Shown piece after piece: positions 46,490 to 55,636 of a stretch of DNA of 64,000 nt; positions within the stretch are counted from its first letter, which is position 1; each line of letters starts with the position of its first letter. Made by a program: the position numbers and the translations under genes. A model generated the notes under the pieces. It had not been told where the DNA came from. It worked only from the letters and a program-made list of their open reading frames with translations, and made no database searches. The stretch covers positions 1,685 to 65,684 of the forward strand of contig CAMZKL010000043.1 in NCBI GenBank assembly GCA_947311255.1, written 5' to 3'. Source of the DNA: an uncultured Chlorobiota bacterium (lineage in GTDB: Bacteria; Bacteroidota; Bacteroidia; Bacteroidales; JAADGE01).

Positions 46490-47452
46490 TTAATCTTCGT
46501 ATTTTAATGTAATTTTTGTTCCAAAAGATTTATCTGTAAGTTTTGTTGCTTCGGTAATTACACTTTTTTTGCCTCCATTTTCAACAAAATTTAAACAAGC
46601 TTTTATTTTTGGAGCCATATTTCCTTCTCCAAATTTTCCTTCTTTCATATATTTTTCTGCATCAGCTTTATTTAAGAAATCTAGTTTTTGTTCATTATGC
46701 TGCCTATAATTTATATAGACATATGGAACATCTGTTAAAATATAATATTCGTCTGCATTAATTTTTGAGGCTAAAACTGCTGTTGCTTTATCTTTATCAA
46801 TAACTGCTTCTAAGGGTCTTATGCTATTGTTTTCTTCATCAATATAAACAGGTATTCCTCCTCCACCTGATGCTATAACAATTGCTCCGCTTTTTGTAAT
46901 ACTTTCAATAGTTTTAATATTAAAAATATCATAAGGTTCGGGAGATGCTACCACCCTCCTCCACGCATCATCGGCTTTTGGGCTTTTTTTTAACTTCCAT
47001 CCTTTTTCTTTTTCTAATTTATTTGCTTCTGTTTTAGGATAAATTTTTCCAACACGTTTAGTTGGATTTAAAAACGCAGGGTCATTTTTTTTAACAAGCG
47101 TTTGAGTAACTAATGTAACAACATCTTTTTTTATTCCTTCTTCTCTTAAAATATTTCTTAAGCTTCTTTCTAGCATATAGCCAATTCCTCCTTGCGAATC
47201 TGCTACGCATATGTCCAAAGGCATTTGTGGTATATCATACATTTCGGCACCGGCATCATTTCTCATAAGAATATTCCCTACTTGTGGACCGTTTCCATGA
47301 CTTAAAATTATATCGTGCCCTTCTTTTATGAAAGGTATAATATTTTTAAGCGTATCTGCTGTATTTTGTTCTTGTTCTTCGATTGTACCAATTTGGTCTC
47401 CTCTGAGAAGTGCGTTTCCTCCGAGTGCTATAACTATTTTTTTCTTTTGCAT
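46490..47452 (-). CDS. arcC: Carbamate kinase
   Basis: 320-aa ORF with N-terminus KKIVIALGGNALL, HGNGPQVG and ASGGGGIPV. Confidence 0.88.
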   Translation of the reverse strand: MQKKKIVIALGGNALLRGDQIGTIEEQEQNTADTLKNIIPFIKEGHDIILSHGNGPQVGNILMRNDAGAEMYDIPQMPLDICVADSQGGIGYMLERSLRNILREEGIKKDVVTLVTQTLVKKNDPAFLNPTKRVGKIYPKTEANKLEKEKGWKLKKSPKADDAWRRVVASPEPYDIFNIKTIESITKSGAIVIASGGGGIPVYIDEENNSIRPLEAVIDKDKATAVLASKINADEYYILTDVPYVYINYRQHNEQKLDFLNKADAEKYMKEGKFGEGNMAPKIKACLNFVENGGKKSVITEATKLTDKSFGTKITLKYED

Positions 47453-47489
47453 AATTTTGAAATTTGATACTTGTATTTTTGATTTTTTA

Positions 47490-48116
47490 CTAATGTGTTA
47501 TTTGAAATATAAAATTTTCTATTAAACCCGGATTTAAAATTATTGGAAAAATTAATCCGAAAACTGAACCTACAAAGTGGGCTTCGTGTGCTATATTGTC
47601 TTTGTTTCTTTTACTCATATATACTGTGTATGCCAAGTAGAGCAAACCAAAGATATATGCAGGCAATCGAATTGGAATAAAAATTATGCCTAGAGGCAAT
47701 GTTGGAGCTAATAATATTGTTGTAAAAACAACAGCTGAAACTGCTCCCGATGCTCCAACAGAATTATAATAATGATTATTTTTATGTTTAATTATTGAAG
47801 GAATTGTTGCAATAGGAATTGCCAAGACATACATTAGCATATATAAAAGACTGCCAATTTTATATGTATGTGGGAAAAAATCAGGAGATGAAAAAGCTGG
47901 TTCTATCATTTCTCCAAACATCCAAAGAACGTACATATTAAAAATAAGGTGCATCCAACCACTATGTATGAAGGCATGAGATAATATTCTTGAATATTCC
48001 TTTTTATGATATACTAAATATGCATTAAATTTTAGTTTATTAAAAAATTCTAAATTATTGAATGCAATAATTGAAACAATTGATGTTAATACTATTAGTG
48101 TTAGGGTTAAATACAT
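47490..48116 (-). CDS. Rhomboid-family intramembrane serine protease
   Basis: 208-aa polytopic ORF with HLIFNMYVLWMFG, catalytic GASGAVSAVV and AHFVGSVFG. Confidence 0.85.
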   Translation of the reverse strand: MYLTLTLIVLTSIVSIIAFNNLEFFNKLKFNAYLVYHKKEYSRILSHAFIHSGWMHLIFNMYVLWMFGEMIEPAFSSPDFFPHTYKIGSLLYMLMYVLAIPIATIPSIIKHKNNHYYNSVGASGAVSAVVFTTILLAPTLPLGIIFIPIRLPAYIFGLLYLAYTVYMSKRNKDNIAHEAHFVGSVFGLIFPIILNPGLIENFIFQITH

Positions 48117-48159
48117 TTTTATTACTTTATTTTAATTGGTTTGCAAAAGTAATATATTT

Positions 48160-49158
48160 TTAATGTAAAATCTTAAAAACAAGTTCTTTTAACAAATCTC
48201 CATTTGTTGTACTTACATTATTATATCCTTTTGATTTCATATCGTATTCTCTTAATAAAGAAATTATTGAAACTGTTTTTCGGATATTGTATTTTCCTCC
48301 TGCCATTACATAATCTTTAACAAAAAAAGGGTGAACTCCAAGAACTGAGGCGATATTATTTTGGCTTTTATCTTTTGTATAGTGATAAGTAAGAATTTTA
48401 GAAAAATAATTAAACAGACTGATAATTACCATAACCATGGGGTTTGCTTTTGGGTTATTTGCAAAATGATTAATTATTCTATTTGCTTTTAAAACATCTT
48501 TTTGTCCAAGTGCGTTTTGTAGCTCAAAAATATTATAATCCTTACTAATCCCTATGTTTTTTTCTATATGTTCAGGTGTAATTGTAGTATTTTCGGGCAA
48601 AGAGATTATTAATTTATCAAGTTCATTTGATATTTTGCTTAAATCTGTTCCTAAAAAATCTGTTAGAAGTTTACTTGAAACAGGGCTAATTGAATACTTT
48701 TTACTTTTAAGGTATGACGTAATCCAGCTTCCAACTTGGTTTTCATAAAGTTTTTTTGACTCAAAAATTACTGCAGTTTTTTTTAGAGCTTTATAAACTT
48801 TTTTTCTTTTATCGAAATTCCTACTTTTAAGGTTAACTACAAGTATTGTAGAATTTAGGGGTTGTTCAGCATAAAATTGAAGTTTTTCAATTTGTTTAAG
48901 GTTTTGTGCCTCTTTGACAATTAATACTTGATGATTTGCCATCATTGGAAAGCGTTTGGCAGCGTTTATTACATCTTCAATTTTTGAGTCTTTACCGTAC
49001 ATCACAGTTTGATTAAATGCTTTTTCTGCTTCGGTAAGAATATTTTCGGAAATATAATCGGTAATTTTGTCAATAAAATAAGATTCTTCTCCATATAGGA
49101 AGTATATTGGCTTGTATATCTTGTTTTTTAGTTCTTTTATTATCTCTTCAAACTTCAT
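48160..49158 (-). CDS. holA: DNA polymerase III delta subunit
   Basis: ATG at 49158 gives MKFEEIIKELKNKIYKPIYFLYGEESYFID, a typical HolA N-terminus. The ORF-track upstream extension was rejected. Confidence 0.85.
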   Translation of the reverse strand: MKFEEIIKELKNKIYKPIYFLYGEESYFIDKITDYISENILTEAEKAFNQTVMYGKDSKIEDVINAAKRFPMMANHQVLIVKEAQNLKQIEKLQFYAEQPLNSTILVVNLKSRNFDKRKKVYKALKKTAVIFESKKLYENQVGSWITSYLKSKKYSISPVSSKLLTDFLGTDLSKISNELDKLIISLPENTTITPEHIEKNIGISKDYNIFELQNALGQKDVLKANRIINHFANNPKANPMVMVIISLFNYFSKILTYHYTKDKSQNNIASVLGVHPFFVKDYVMAGGKYNIRKTVSIISLLREYDMKSKGYNNVSTTNGDLLKELVFKILH

Positions 49159-49235
49159 TGCATTATTTTTGGAAGCGTAAAGATAAATAAAAATCAAAAT
49201 ACAAAAAACAAATATTAAATATCAAAATTTAAGAT

Positions 49236-49700
49236 TTATTTGTTCTGTTTCATTCCTTGCCCTTTATGTTTCATTTTTTTGAAGAGCATTTTTTTAAATT
49301 GTTGTTCTGCTTTATATAATAAAACTATTTTTATGGGAGGTAAAACATTTTTAAATTTTTCATTATATTCTTTGCCAAGTTTTGCTTGTTGTAAATTGTT
49401 TTGGGCAAGAAAGTCAGCTAAATCAGTAAGCTCTTTATCTGACATATTTAAACTATTCTTATAAAAATAGTGCATTTTGTTTCTTTTTTCAATAAAAAGC
49501 TTTTCTTTTTTAGCATTTAGTTCTTTTAAAAGAGGAATAAACTCTTTTTTTTCTTTTTCTGTAAGCTGAAGTTGAGATACTATATATTCAATTTGTTTTT
49601 TTAGAAATTCATTTCGTTTTTGAAAATGCTTTTCTCCTTGTGCTGAAATAGTATTTCCAAAGAATATAATTAATATTAAAATATTTATTGTAGTTTTCAT
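49236..49700 (-). CDS. Periplasmic helical protein (possibly Spy/CpxP-like), last gene of the ECF operon
   Basis: 154-aa ORF with a signal peptide and a Lys/Glu-rich helical sequence containing LTEKEKKEF and LSDKELTDL repeats. Confidence 0.55.
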   Translation of the reverse strand: MKTTINILILIIFFGNTISAQGEKHFQKRNEFLKKQIEYIVSQLQLTEKEKKEFIPLLKELNAKKEKLFIEKRNKMHYFYKNSLNMSDKELTDLADFLAQNNLQQAKLGKEYNEKFKNVLPPIKIVLLYKAEQQFKKMLFKKMKHKGQGMKQNK

Positions 49701-49739
49701 CTCTTTTTTATTAAAGTTAACATAAGAGTTAAATTTGTT

Positions 49740-50282
49740 TTATAAACTTGCTAAGATTTCATTTATATCATAGTCATCACTATAATCTGTTAAAAAATTA
49801 GATATTTCATCTTCGTTTGCGTTAATTTCAAATTTTGTTTCTTCTTCATTAGGCTCTGATAAAGATACAATATCTCCTTCATAAATGTAATTTTCTGTTA
49901 CCGAGTATAATTCCAACATATCATATTCATCAAAATTTTGTTTATTGCCTATGGTAGTTTCTTCTTTATTAATAACTGTTGTTTTAACGTTAGTTTTTGA
50001 AAGTATAAATTGCCACATAGCAATAACAACAACTATTCCTGCTGCTATTGTTAAATAAGGTTTTAATATTTCAAATATTTTTTGTGATTTTTGTTTTTTG
50101 TTTTCATTTTTTGGAATAAAGTTTTCAAAATAAGTATCGGGAACAGAAAAAGGATTTTTTTTGCCAAATTTTTCTTTTAATTTTTCTTCATAAATACGAG
50201 TTTTTATTTCATCATAAAATCCATTAAAATAATTATTCGGAGTCTTAAATCCTTGATTTTTTGTATTTATTTTTTTGTTCAT
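49740..50282 (-). CDS. Putative anti-sigma factor (single-pass membrane protein)
   Basis: 180-aa ORF directly downstream of the ECF sigma gene with one central TM helix (YLTIAAGIVVVIAMWQFIL). The call rests on position and topology only. Confidence 0.5.
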   Translation of the reverse strand: MNKKINTKNQGFKTPNNYFNGFYDEIKTRIYEEKLKEKFGKKNPFSVPDTYFENFIPKNENKKQKSQKIFEILKPYLTIAAGIVVVIAMWQFILSKTNVKTTVINKEETTIGNKQNFDEYDMLELYSVTENYIYEGDIVSLSEPNEEETKFEINANEDEISNFLTDYSDDYDINEILASL

Positions 50283-50340
50283 TTTTTTAAGTTAATACTT
50301 TAAATTGTAATATTTTTCAATAAACTAGCTTGCAGTTTTT

Positions 50341-50901
50341 TCAGTTACTATCCGGGTTTGTTTTTACAAATTTTTCAATTTTTTTGACTGCATGGTGATA
50401 TGATGCTTTAAGACTTCCAATGGAAGTCTCTAATATTTCAGCCATATCTTTATATTTTATTTCATCAAAATATTTCATATTAAACACAAGTCTTTGTTTT
50501 TCCGGCAAGTTTAAGATTGCTTTTTGCAGAATTAATTGTGCCTCATCTCCATTAAAGTATTCGTCGCTTTTTAAATTATTACTTAAAAAATTCTCATAAG
50601 TACTTATGGATTCTTCTACTTTTTTCTTTTTTTTATTTATAAAAGTTATTGATTCGTTTGTTGCAATTCTGTATATCCAAGTGTATATCTTAGATTTTCC
50701 TTTAAATTTTTCTAAATACTTCCAAACTTTAATAAATGTATTTTGCAAAACATCATCTGTATCATCATGAAGCAATACAATCTTTCTAATATGCCAATAT
50801 AGTTGTTCTTTGTATTCTTCAACAATATAATTAAAAGCATTGTCAAAATCTTTTTCTTTAATTAATTGATTTATTTGGCTTTCTTTATTTGTTGAATTCA
50901 T
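50341..50901 (-). CDS. ECF-type RNA polymerase sigma factor
   Basis: 186-aa ORF with region 2 (DDVLQNTFIKVWKYL, IYTWIYRIATNESI) and region 4 (MAEILETSIGSLKASYHHAVKKI). Confidence 0.88.
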   Translation of the reverse strand: MNSTNKESQINQLIKEKDFDNAFNYIVEEYKEQLYWHIRKIVLLHDDTDDVLQNTFIKVWKYLEKFKGKSKIYTWIYRIATNESITFINKKKKKVEESISTYENFLSNNLKSDEYFNGDEAQLILQKAILNLPEKQRLVFNMKYFDEIKYKDMAEILETSIGSLKASYHHAVKKIEKFVKTNPDSN

Positions 50902-51040
50902 TATTAAAATTAGTTCTACTATTTATGTAGTTAGTAATCTCATTATTATAAGGCAAATAAAACTTAAATAATTAAGTATGTTTTTTTAATAAATACATTT
51001 GTTTGACTATTTATAATAACAAAGGTTTAAATATAATACG

Positions 51041-51072
51041 TAAAAAACTGCAATTTAGTTGTAAACTGCAGT
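51041..51072 (-). terminator. Intrinsic terminator after the beta-barrel gene
   Basis: The minus strand reads ACTGCAGTTTACAACTAAATTGCAGTTTTTT. Confidence 0.65.
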
Positions 51073-51097
51073 TCTTTCAATATTTTTTTATAAAAAC

Positions 51098-51904
51098 TTA
51101 TCTTAAAAGTCTTCTCAGCCACATTTCAGCAGCATAAACTTTTCTTGTTGTCCAACTATTTAGAGGTATATTTAAGCCTGTTTTTATAAAGAATGTTCCT
51201 TTTGGATATCCGGCAAATGGTTTAACTCCAATAGTTGCATCTTCATAATTTTTACTTAAAAAATTTCCTACTACATAGTTTGCTTCAAAATTTAAAAACA
51301 TATAATTAAAACCGACTATTCCAGCAAAATTCCCAGTTTTCATCATATCTTTATATTTTTCAGGCTGACTTCTTTTAATTGTTTCATTATAACTAACATT
51401 TTCAGATTTTGATAAAAACAAATTATAGCTGTATGATACACCGGCATATATATATTTTTGAGTTTTATAGAATTTCTTACCATATTTTAAATAAACTGGC
51501 AAAGATATCTGCGAAACATTATAAACTTCTCTTAACTTATATATTTCTGGTGCAGGAGTAGTTCCTGATGGAAATGTTGTTTCATAATTTGCTGCAATTC
51601 CGTATGTTCTGTAGTCTATTCCAATACTGATACCGGAATTACCTTTTTTTAAATCATGGTTATATATTAAAGTTCCGTAATAACCAGGAACATAATTTAA
51701 TTTAACTCCTTTTGTTGGAACTAATTGTAAATGATCTCCTTCTGGAGAAATTAACATTTTATTTGGTAATTCAGCAGGTTGCTTACTAAACAAAGTGTGA
51801 GTTGCACCAACTTTTAAAGAAAAATAATCATATTCACTATTCCATTGAGAAAAACTTAATCCTGAATAGAAAACAATTAATATTAATACTATTGACTTTT
51901 TCAT
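51098..51904 (-). CDS. Outer-membrane beta-barrel protein (porin-like)
   Basis: 268-aa ORF with signal peptide MKKSIVLILIVFYSGLSFSQ and an alternating aromatic/hydrophilic strand pattern. Confidence 0.65.
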   Translation of the reverse strand: MKKSIVLILIVFYSGLSFSQWNSEYDYFSLKVGATHTLFSKQPAELPNKMLISPEGDHLQLVPTKGVKLNYVPGYYGTLIYNHDLKKGNSGISIGIDYRTYGIAANYETTFPSGTTPAPEIYKLREVYNVSQISLPVYLKYGKKFYKTQKYIYAGVSYSYNLFLSKSENVSYNETIKRSQPEKYKDMMKTGNFAGIVGFNYMFLNFEANYVVGNFLSKNYEDATIGVKPFAGYPKGTFFIKTGLNIPLNSWTTRKVYAAEMWLRRLLR

Positions 51905-51954
51905 ATCTATTTTTTTATGCTTTTTTACTTATTTTTACTTTAGACTTTTCCTTT

Positions 51955-53595
51955 TTAAGGTCTATAATGCCAAAAATCATTAAATTTTCCGCTGTTCAAC
52001 GGGCCAACCCACGCTCCGTTCCAACCTGTTCCAACATATCCTCGGTAGTCATCATCGCTAATTTTAATTCCTGCTCCAACAGCTTCATATCTTGCATTCC
52101 CTACGGCAACATACTGTCCTGTTCCTTCGTCTTTTATCATTCCAAAATCTGCTCTTCTATCCCATAAGTTTGTGAATGGATTATATCTCCAAAAATCTCT
52201 TAGAACATCTCCGTTTGCATTTCTACCTAATCCAATATAACCATTTTCACCAAGAGCAAAACCAATTGCATCAACCCTTGCAAGAGTGTCATGTAGCCCT
52301 GCACGGGGAGTAAATCTTAAAGATTTATCATAAGTTTTATTACACCTGTATAAATCACTTTTGAAATTTCCTGCATTATCTCTTCCTCCAAAAAGATATA
52401 CTTCTTCTCCAATTTTAAAAGATACAGCTTCTGTTCTTGCTCCTCCTTGAAAAATAAAACTGCTTTCGTTCCTCCATGTACCTTCTACGGCACTTCCTGA
52501 TCTTTCATTAGGATCAAAAACATAATAATTACTTCCTACACTTCCTGTATATGTACCTCCAAGAACATAACCAATACCTCCAATGGAAAAACCAATTGCA
52601 TTTTGAGATAATTGGCCAGGGAAATTAGCTTCATTACTAGCATTAGTAATATTTGTCCAATTTGATTCAAATCTACTTAAATCTAATCTGTAGAATTGAG
52701 AGTTTAACGAGTTGTTATCTTTTTTTCCGAGACCAAGGTATAAATAATCAAAAGTAACACCATTTATTTTAACATTTTCAATAACAAAACTTACAGCATT
52801 TGTAAAATTGTTCTCAAACCCAATATTAAAACTATTATAAATATTATCTTCCCAAATATTATTTTGTGGATCATATCTATAAAGAGTTATGTGAGTTCCC
52901 AAAGAACCACTTGCATGCCCCTGAACCACAAACATATATCCATCGTAAGTAAATGAAGTAGCACCTTTGTATTCAATAGAGGGAAAATCGGATGGAGCAT
53001 TTTCCATTGTTCCTCCAACCCATAAATCTAATGGTGTGTCTGTTGTAAATTTTAATTCTCTTTGGTTGTATGCAATATCTTCATATACGGGTTCACCATT
53101 TTCAAATCTACCTGTTACAACAAATGAACGAACATAATATTCTGTTTCATACAATAGTCCGAAACCATTTCTGAAATCCATTCCTGCTTTTAAATCATCT
53201 GATGTTAAGAAAGCGTTTGGTCTAGAACCGGACCCTTTAAAAGTGTATTTTGCTCTTTTATTTAATCTATTAATTAAATCAATTTTACCAACAGAATCAT
53301 ATCCACAAACAACAGGATTTGGACTTTTTGAATATATGTGCCCATATATTAAAATACTGTCGGACAATATTTTATCTTCATTTTTCTTAACATATGTAAT
53401 ACCTGTTTGTATTATTGCATAATTATCAGTAGCAATAATTAAACTATCAGGGTTTGCACTTATGTATTTTACTTTCCCATCAGGAGTAATAAAAGTGCCT
53501 CCATCAAATTCTCTGACAATTGAATAAGGTTCATCATTAAACTTACAAGAAGAAACAGCTAATAGCAGAACTAAAAAATAAGTAATTTTTTTCAT
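51955..53595 (-). CDS. Lipoprotein with Kelch-like beta-propeller repeats
   Basis: 546-aa ORF with lipobox LLLAVSSC. Repeated blades such as LYRYDPQNNIWE, DLYRCN, DFWRYNPFTNLWD and FNDFWHYRP. Confidence 0.7.
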   Translation of the reverse strand: MKKITYFLVLLLAVSSCKFNDEPYSIVREFDGGTFITPDGKVKYISANPDSLIIATDNYAIIQTGITYVKKNEDKILSDSILIYGHIYSKSPNPVVCGYDSVGKIDLINRLNKRAKYTFKGSGSRPNAFLTSDDLKAGMDFRNGFGLLYETEYYVRSFVVTGRFENGEPVYEDIAYNQRELKFTTDTPLDLWVGGTMENAPSDFPSIEYKGATSFTYDGYMFVVQGHASGSLGTHITLYRYDPQNNIWEDNIYNSFNIGFENNFTNAVSFVIENVKINGVTFDYLYLGLGKKDNNSLNSQFYRLDLSRFESNWTNITNASNEANFPGQLSQNAIGFSIGGIGYVLGGTYTGSVGSNYYVFDPNERSGSAVEGTWRNESSFIFQGGARTEAVSFKIGEEVYLFGGRDNAGNFKSDLYRCNKTYDKSLRFTPRAGLHDTLARVDAIGFALGENGYIGLGRNANGDVLRDFWRYNPFTNLWDRRADFGMIKDEGTGQYVAVGNARYEAVGAGIKISDDDYRGYVGTGWNGAWVGPLNSGKFNDFWHYRP

Positions 53596-53875
53596 ATTTA
53601 ATACTTTTTAATTATTTTTTTTTTATCTTATAAAAACATAAAATTATACAAATAAAACTAAATAAATTCAATATTTATTATTTATTTGACAATCTATTTG
53701 TTTTCTTTTGCAAATATTATACCTAAAACGACAGAAGTATATGTCTGTTTTTCATATTTATTAAATAAAAAAATGACAATTTGTCTTATGTATATATTTG
53801 GCAAAAATTTTGATATTTTCTCGAACAGTTTAAATATTAAAAATATTCTTCTTAAATATTTAATAAAAATAGAAA

Positions 53876-54424
53876 ATGGCAAAGAAAAATAAAAAAGATA
53901 GCGTTAAAAAAGACAAAAATCAAACGGTAAATTCTGAGAAAAAAAATTCAGTAAAAAAAAACAATAAGAATAAAAAAGTTGAAATAGATTTTGAAGAAAA
54001 ATTCAATCAACTTAATGATAAGTATCTTAGACTTACAGCTGAATACGATAACTACAGAAAACGTACACTAAAAGAACGTATGGAGTTAATGAAAAATGCG
54101 GGGGAAGATATTTTAATTAACTTACTTCCTGTTATTGACAATATTGATAGAGCAAAACAATCAATTGAAGATGCAAAAGATTTAGACTCTATAAAAGAAG
54201 GTATAAACCTGATACATAAGAATATAGTTGATTTTTTATCAAATAAAGGAATTTCTGAAATAAAAGCAGAAGGAGAAGTTTTTGATACTGATTTACATGA
54301 GGCTATTACGAAAATACCTGCTCCAAATAACAAACTTAAAGGAAAAGTTGTTGATGTAATAGAGAAAGGTTATAAAATGAGAGATAAAATAATTAGGTAT
54401 GCAAAAGTTGTTGTAGGAGAATAA
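53876..54424 (+). CDS. grpE: Nucleotide exchange factor GrpE
   Basis: 182-aa ORF with a Lys-rich N-terminus, LRLTAEYDNYRKRT, and C-terminus DLHEAI....V.EKGYK. Confidence 0.93.
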   Translation: MAKKNKKDSVKKDKNQTVNSEKKNSVKKNNKNKKVEIDFEEKFNQLNDKYLRLTAEYDNYRKRTLKERMELMKNAGEDILINLLPVIDNIDRAKQSIEDAKDLDSIKEGINLIHKNIVDFLSNKGISEIKAEGEVFDTDLHEAITKIPAPNNKLKGKVVDVIEKGYKMRDKIIRYAKVVVGE

Positions 54425-54480
54425 ATGTTTGAAGTTTTAATTCTTAAATTTCAAATCAAAAATTATAAATTTCAAACAAA

Positions 54481-55617
54481 ATGACAAAAAGAGACTATTA
54501 CGAAATACTCGGTGTTTCAAAAAATGCTGACAAAACTGAAATAAAAAAAGCATATAGAAAAATTGCATTAAAATATCATCCTGATAAAAATCCGGGAGAT
54601 AAATCGGCAGAAGAAAAATTTAAAGAAGCAGCAGAAGCATACGAGATTTTAAGTAATGAAGAAAAAAAAGCAAAATATGACAGATTTGGTCATTCTGCTT
54701 TTGATGGTGGACAAGGTTTTAGTGGTGGAGGTATGTCTATGGATGATATTTTTTCTCACTTTGGAGATATATTTGAAAACTTTGGTTTTGGAGGAGGTTT
54801 TAGTAGTGGATCTAGATCTGGGAGAAGAGTTAACAAAGGAAGTAATTTAAGGGTAAAAGTTAAATTAGACCTTAAAGACATTTTAAACGGTACAACTAAA
54901 AAAATAAAAGTTAAAAAATATGTAGAATGTTCACATTGCACTGGAACTGGTTCTGCTGACGGCTCTTTTGACAATTGTACAACTTGTAGAGGCTCAGGGC
55001 AAGTTATTCAAATTAGAAATACAATGCTTGGGCAAATGCAAACCTCTAGCACTTGTCCAACTTGCAGAGGTGAAGGTAAAATTATAAAAAACAAATGCAC
55101 ACATTGTTATGGCGAGGGCATTGTAAAAGGTGAGGAAGTTGTTCAAATAACTGTTCCTGCCGGAGTTGCAGAAGGAATGCAAATGAAAGTTGGAGGAAAA
55201 GGTAGTGCTCCCAGAAGAGGTGGAATAAATGGAGATTTGCATGTTGTTTTTGAAGAAAATGAACATCCGGAACTCATTAGAGATGAGGAAGATTTACTTT
55301 ATAATTTATTTATAAGTTTCCCGGAAGCAGCTCTTGGAACTTCTGTTGAAATACCAACTATTGAAAGCAAAGTAAAAATAAAAATAGCACCTGGAACGCA
55401 AGGAGGTAAAGTACTTAGATTAAGAGGAAAAGGCTTACCTACATATGGAAGTTATGGAAAAGGAGACATTTTAGTTAAGGTAAATGTGTGGGTTCCTACA
55501 AAATTAGAAAAAGATGAAAAAAGAATTTTGGAAAAACTAAAAAACTCTGATAATTTTGAGCCTAAACCCGATAAAAATGAAAAAAGTTTCTTTGACAGAA
55601 TGAAAGATATGTTTTAA
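54481..55617 (+). CDS. dnaJ: Molecular chaperone DnaJ
   Basis: 378-aa ORF with a J-domain ([16 protein letters not shown]), a G/F-rich linker and four CxxCxGxG zinc motifs. Confidence 0.97.
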   Translation: MTKRDYYEILGVSKNADKTEIKKAYRKIALKYHPDKNPGDKSAEEKFKEAAEAYEILSNEEKKAKYDRFGHSAFDGGQGFSGGGMSMDDIFSHFGDIFENFGFGGGFSSGSRSGRRVNKGSNLRVKVKLDLKDILNGTTKKIKVKKYVECSHCTGTGSADGSFDNCTTCRGSGQVIQIRNTMLGQMQTSSTCPTCRGEGKIIKNKCTHCYGEGIVKGEEVVQITVPAGVAEGMQMKVGGKGSAPRRGGINGDLHVVFEENEHPELIRDEEDLLYNLFISFPEAALGTSVEIPTIESKVKIKIAPGTQGGKVLRLRGKGLPTYGSYGKGDILVKVNVWVPTKLEKDEKRILEKLKNSDNFEPKPDKNEKSFFDRMKDMF

Positions 55618-55636
55618 ATATTTACAAATTTGTTTT

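Noticed and set aside
51802-52167. 121-aa plus-strand ORF spanning the junction of the beta-barrel and Kelch lipoprotein genes
   Set aside because: It is antisense to two supported genes and has a low-complexity sequence.
53596-53875. Looked for a CIRCE/HrcA operator (TTAGCACTC-N9-GAGTGCTAA) upstream of grpE-dnaJ
   Set aside because: No match by eye. Only a TATATTTG (-7-like) box at 53793-53800 and two TGACAAT words are present, which is too weak in AT-rich sequence to call a promoter.
53686-53892. Two overlapping 62-68 aa ORFs on opposite strands just upstream of grpE
   Set aside because: They lie in the AT-rich promoter region, are mutually exclusive, and have no motif. More likely this is non-coding promoter or leader DNA.
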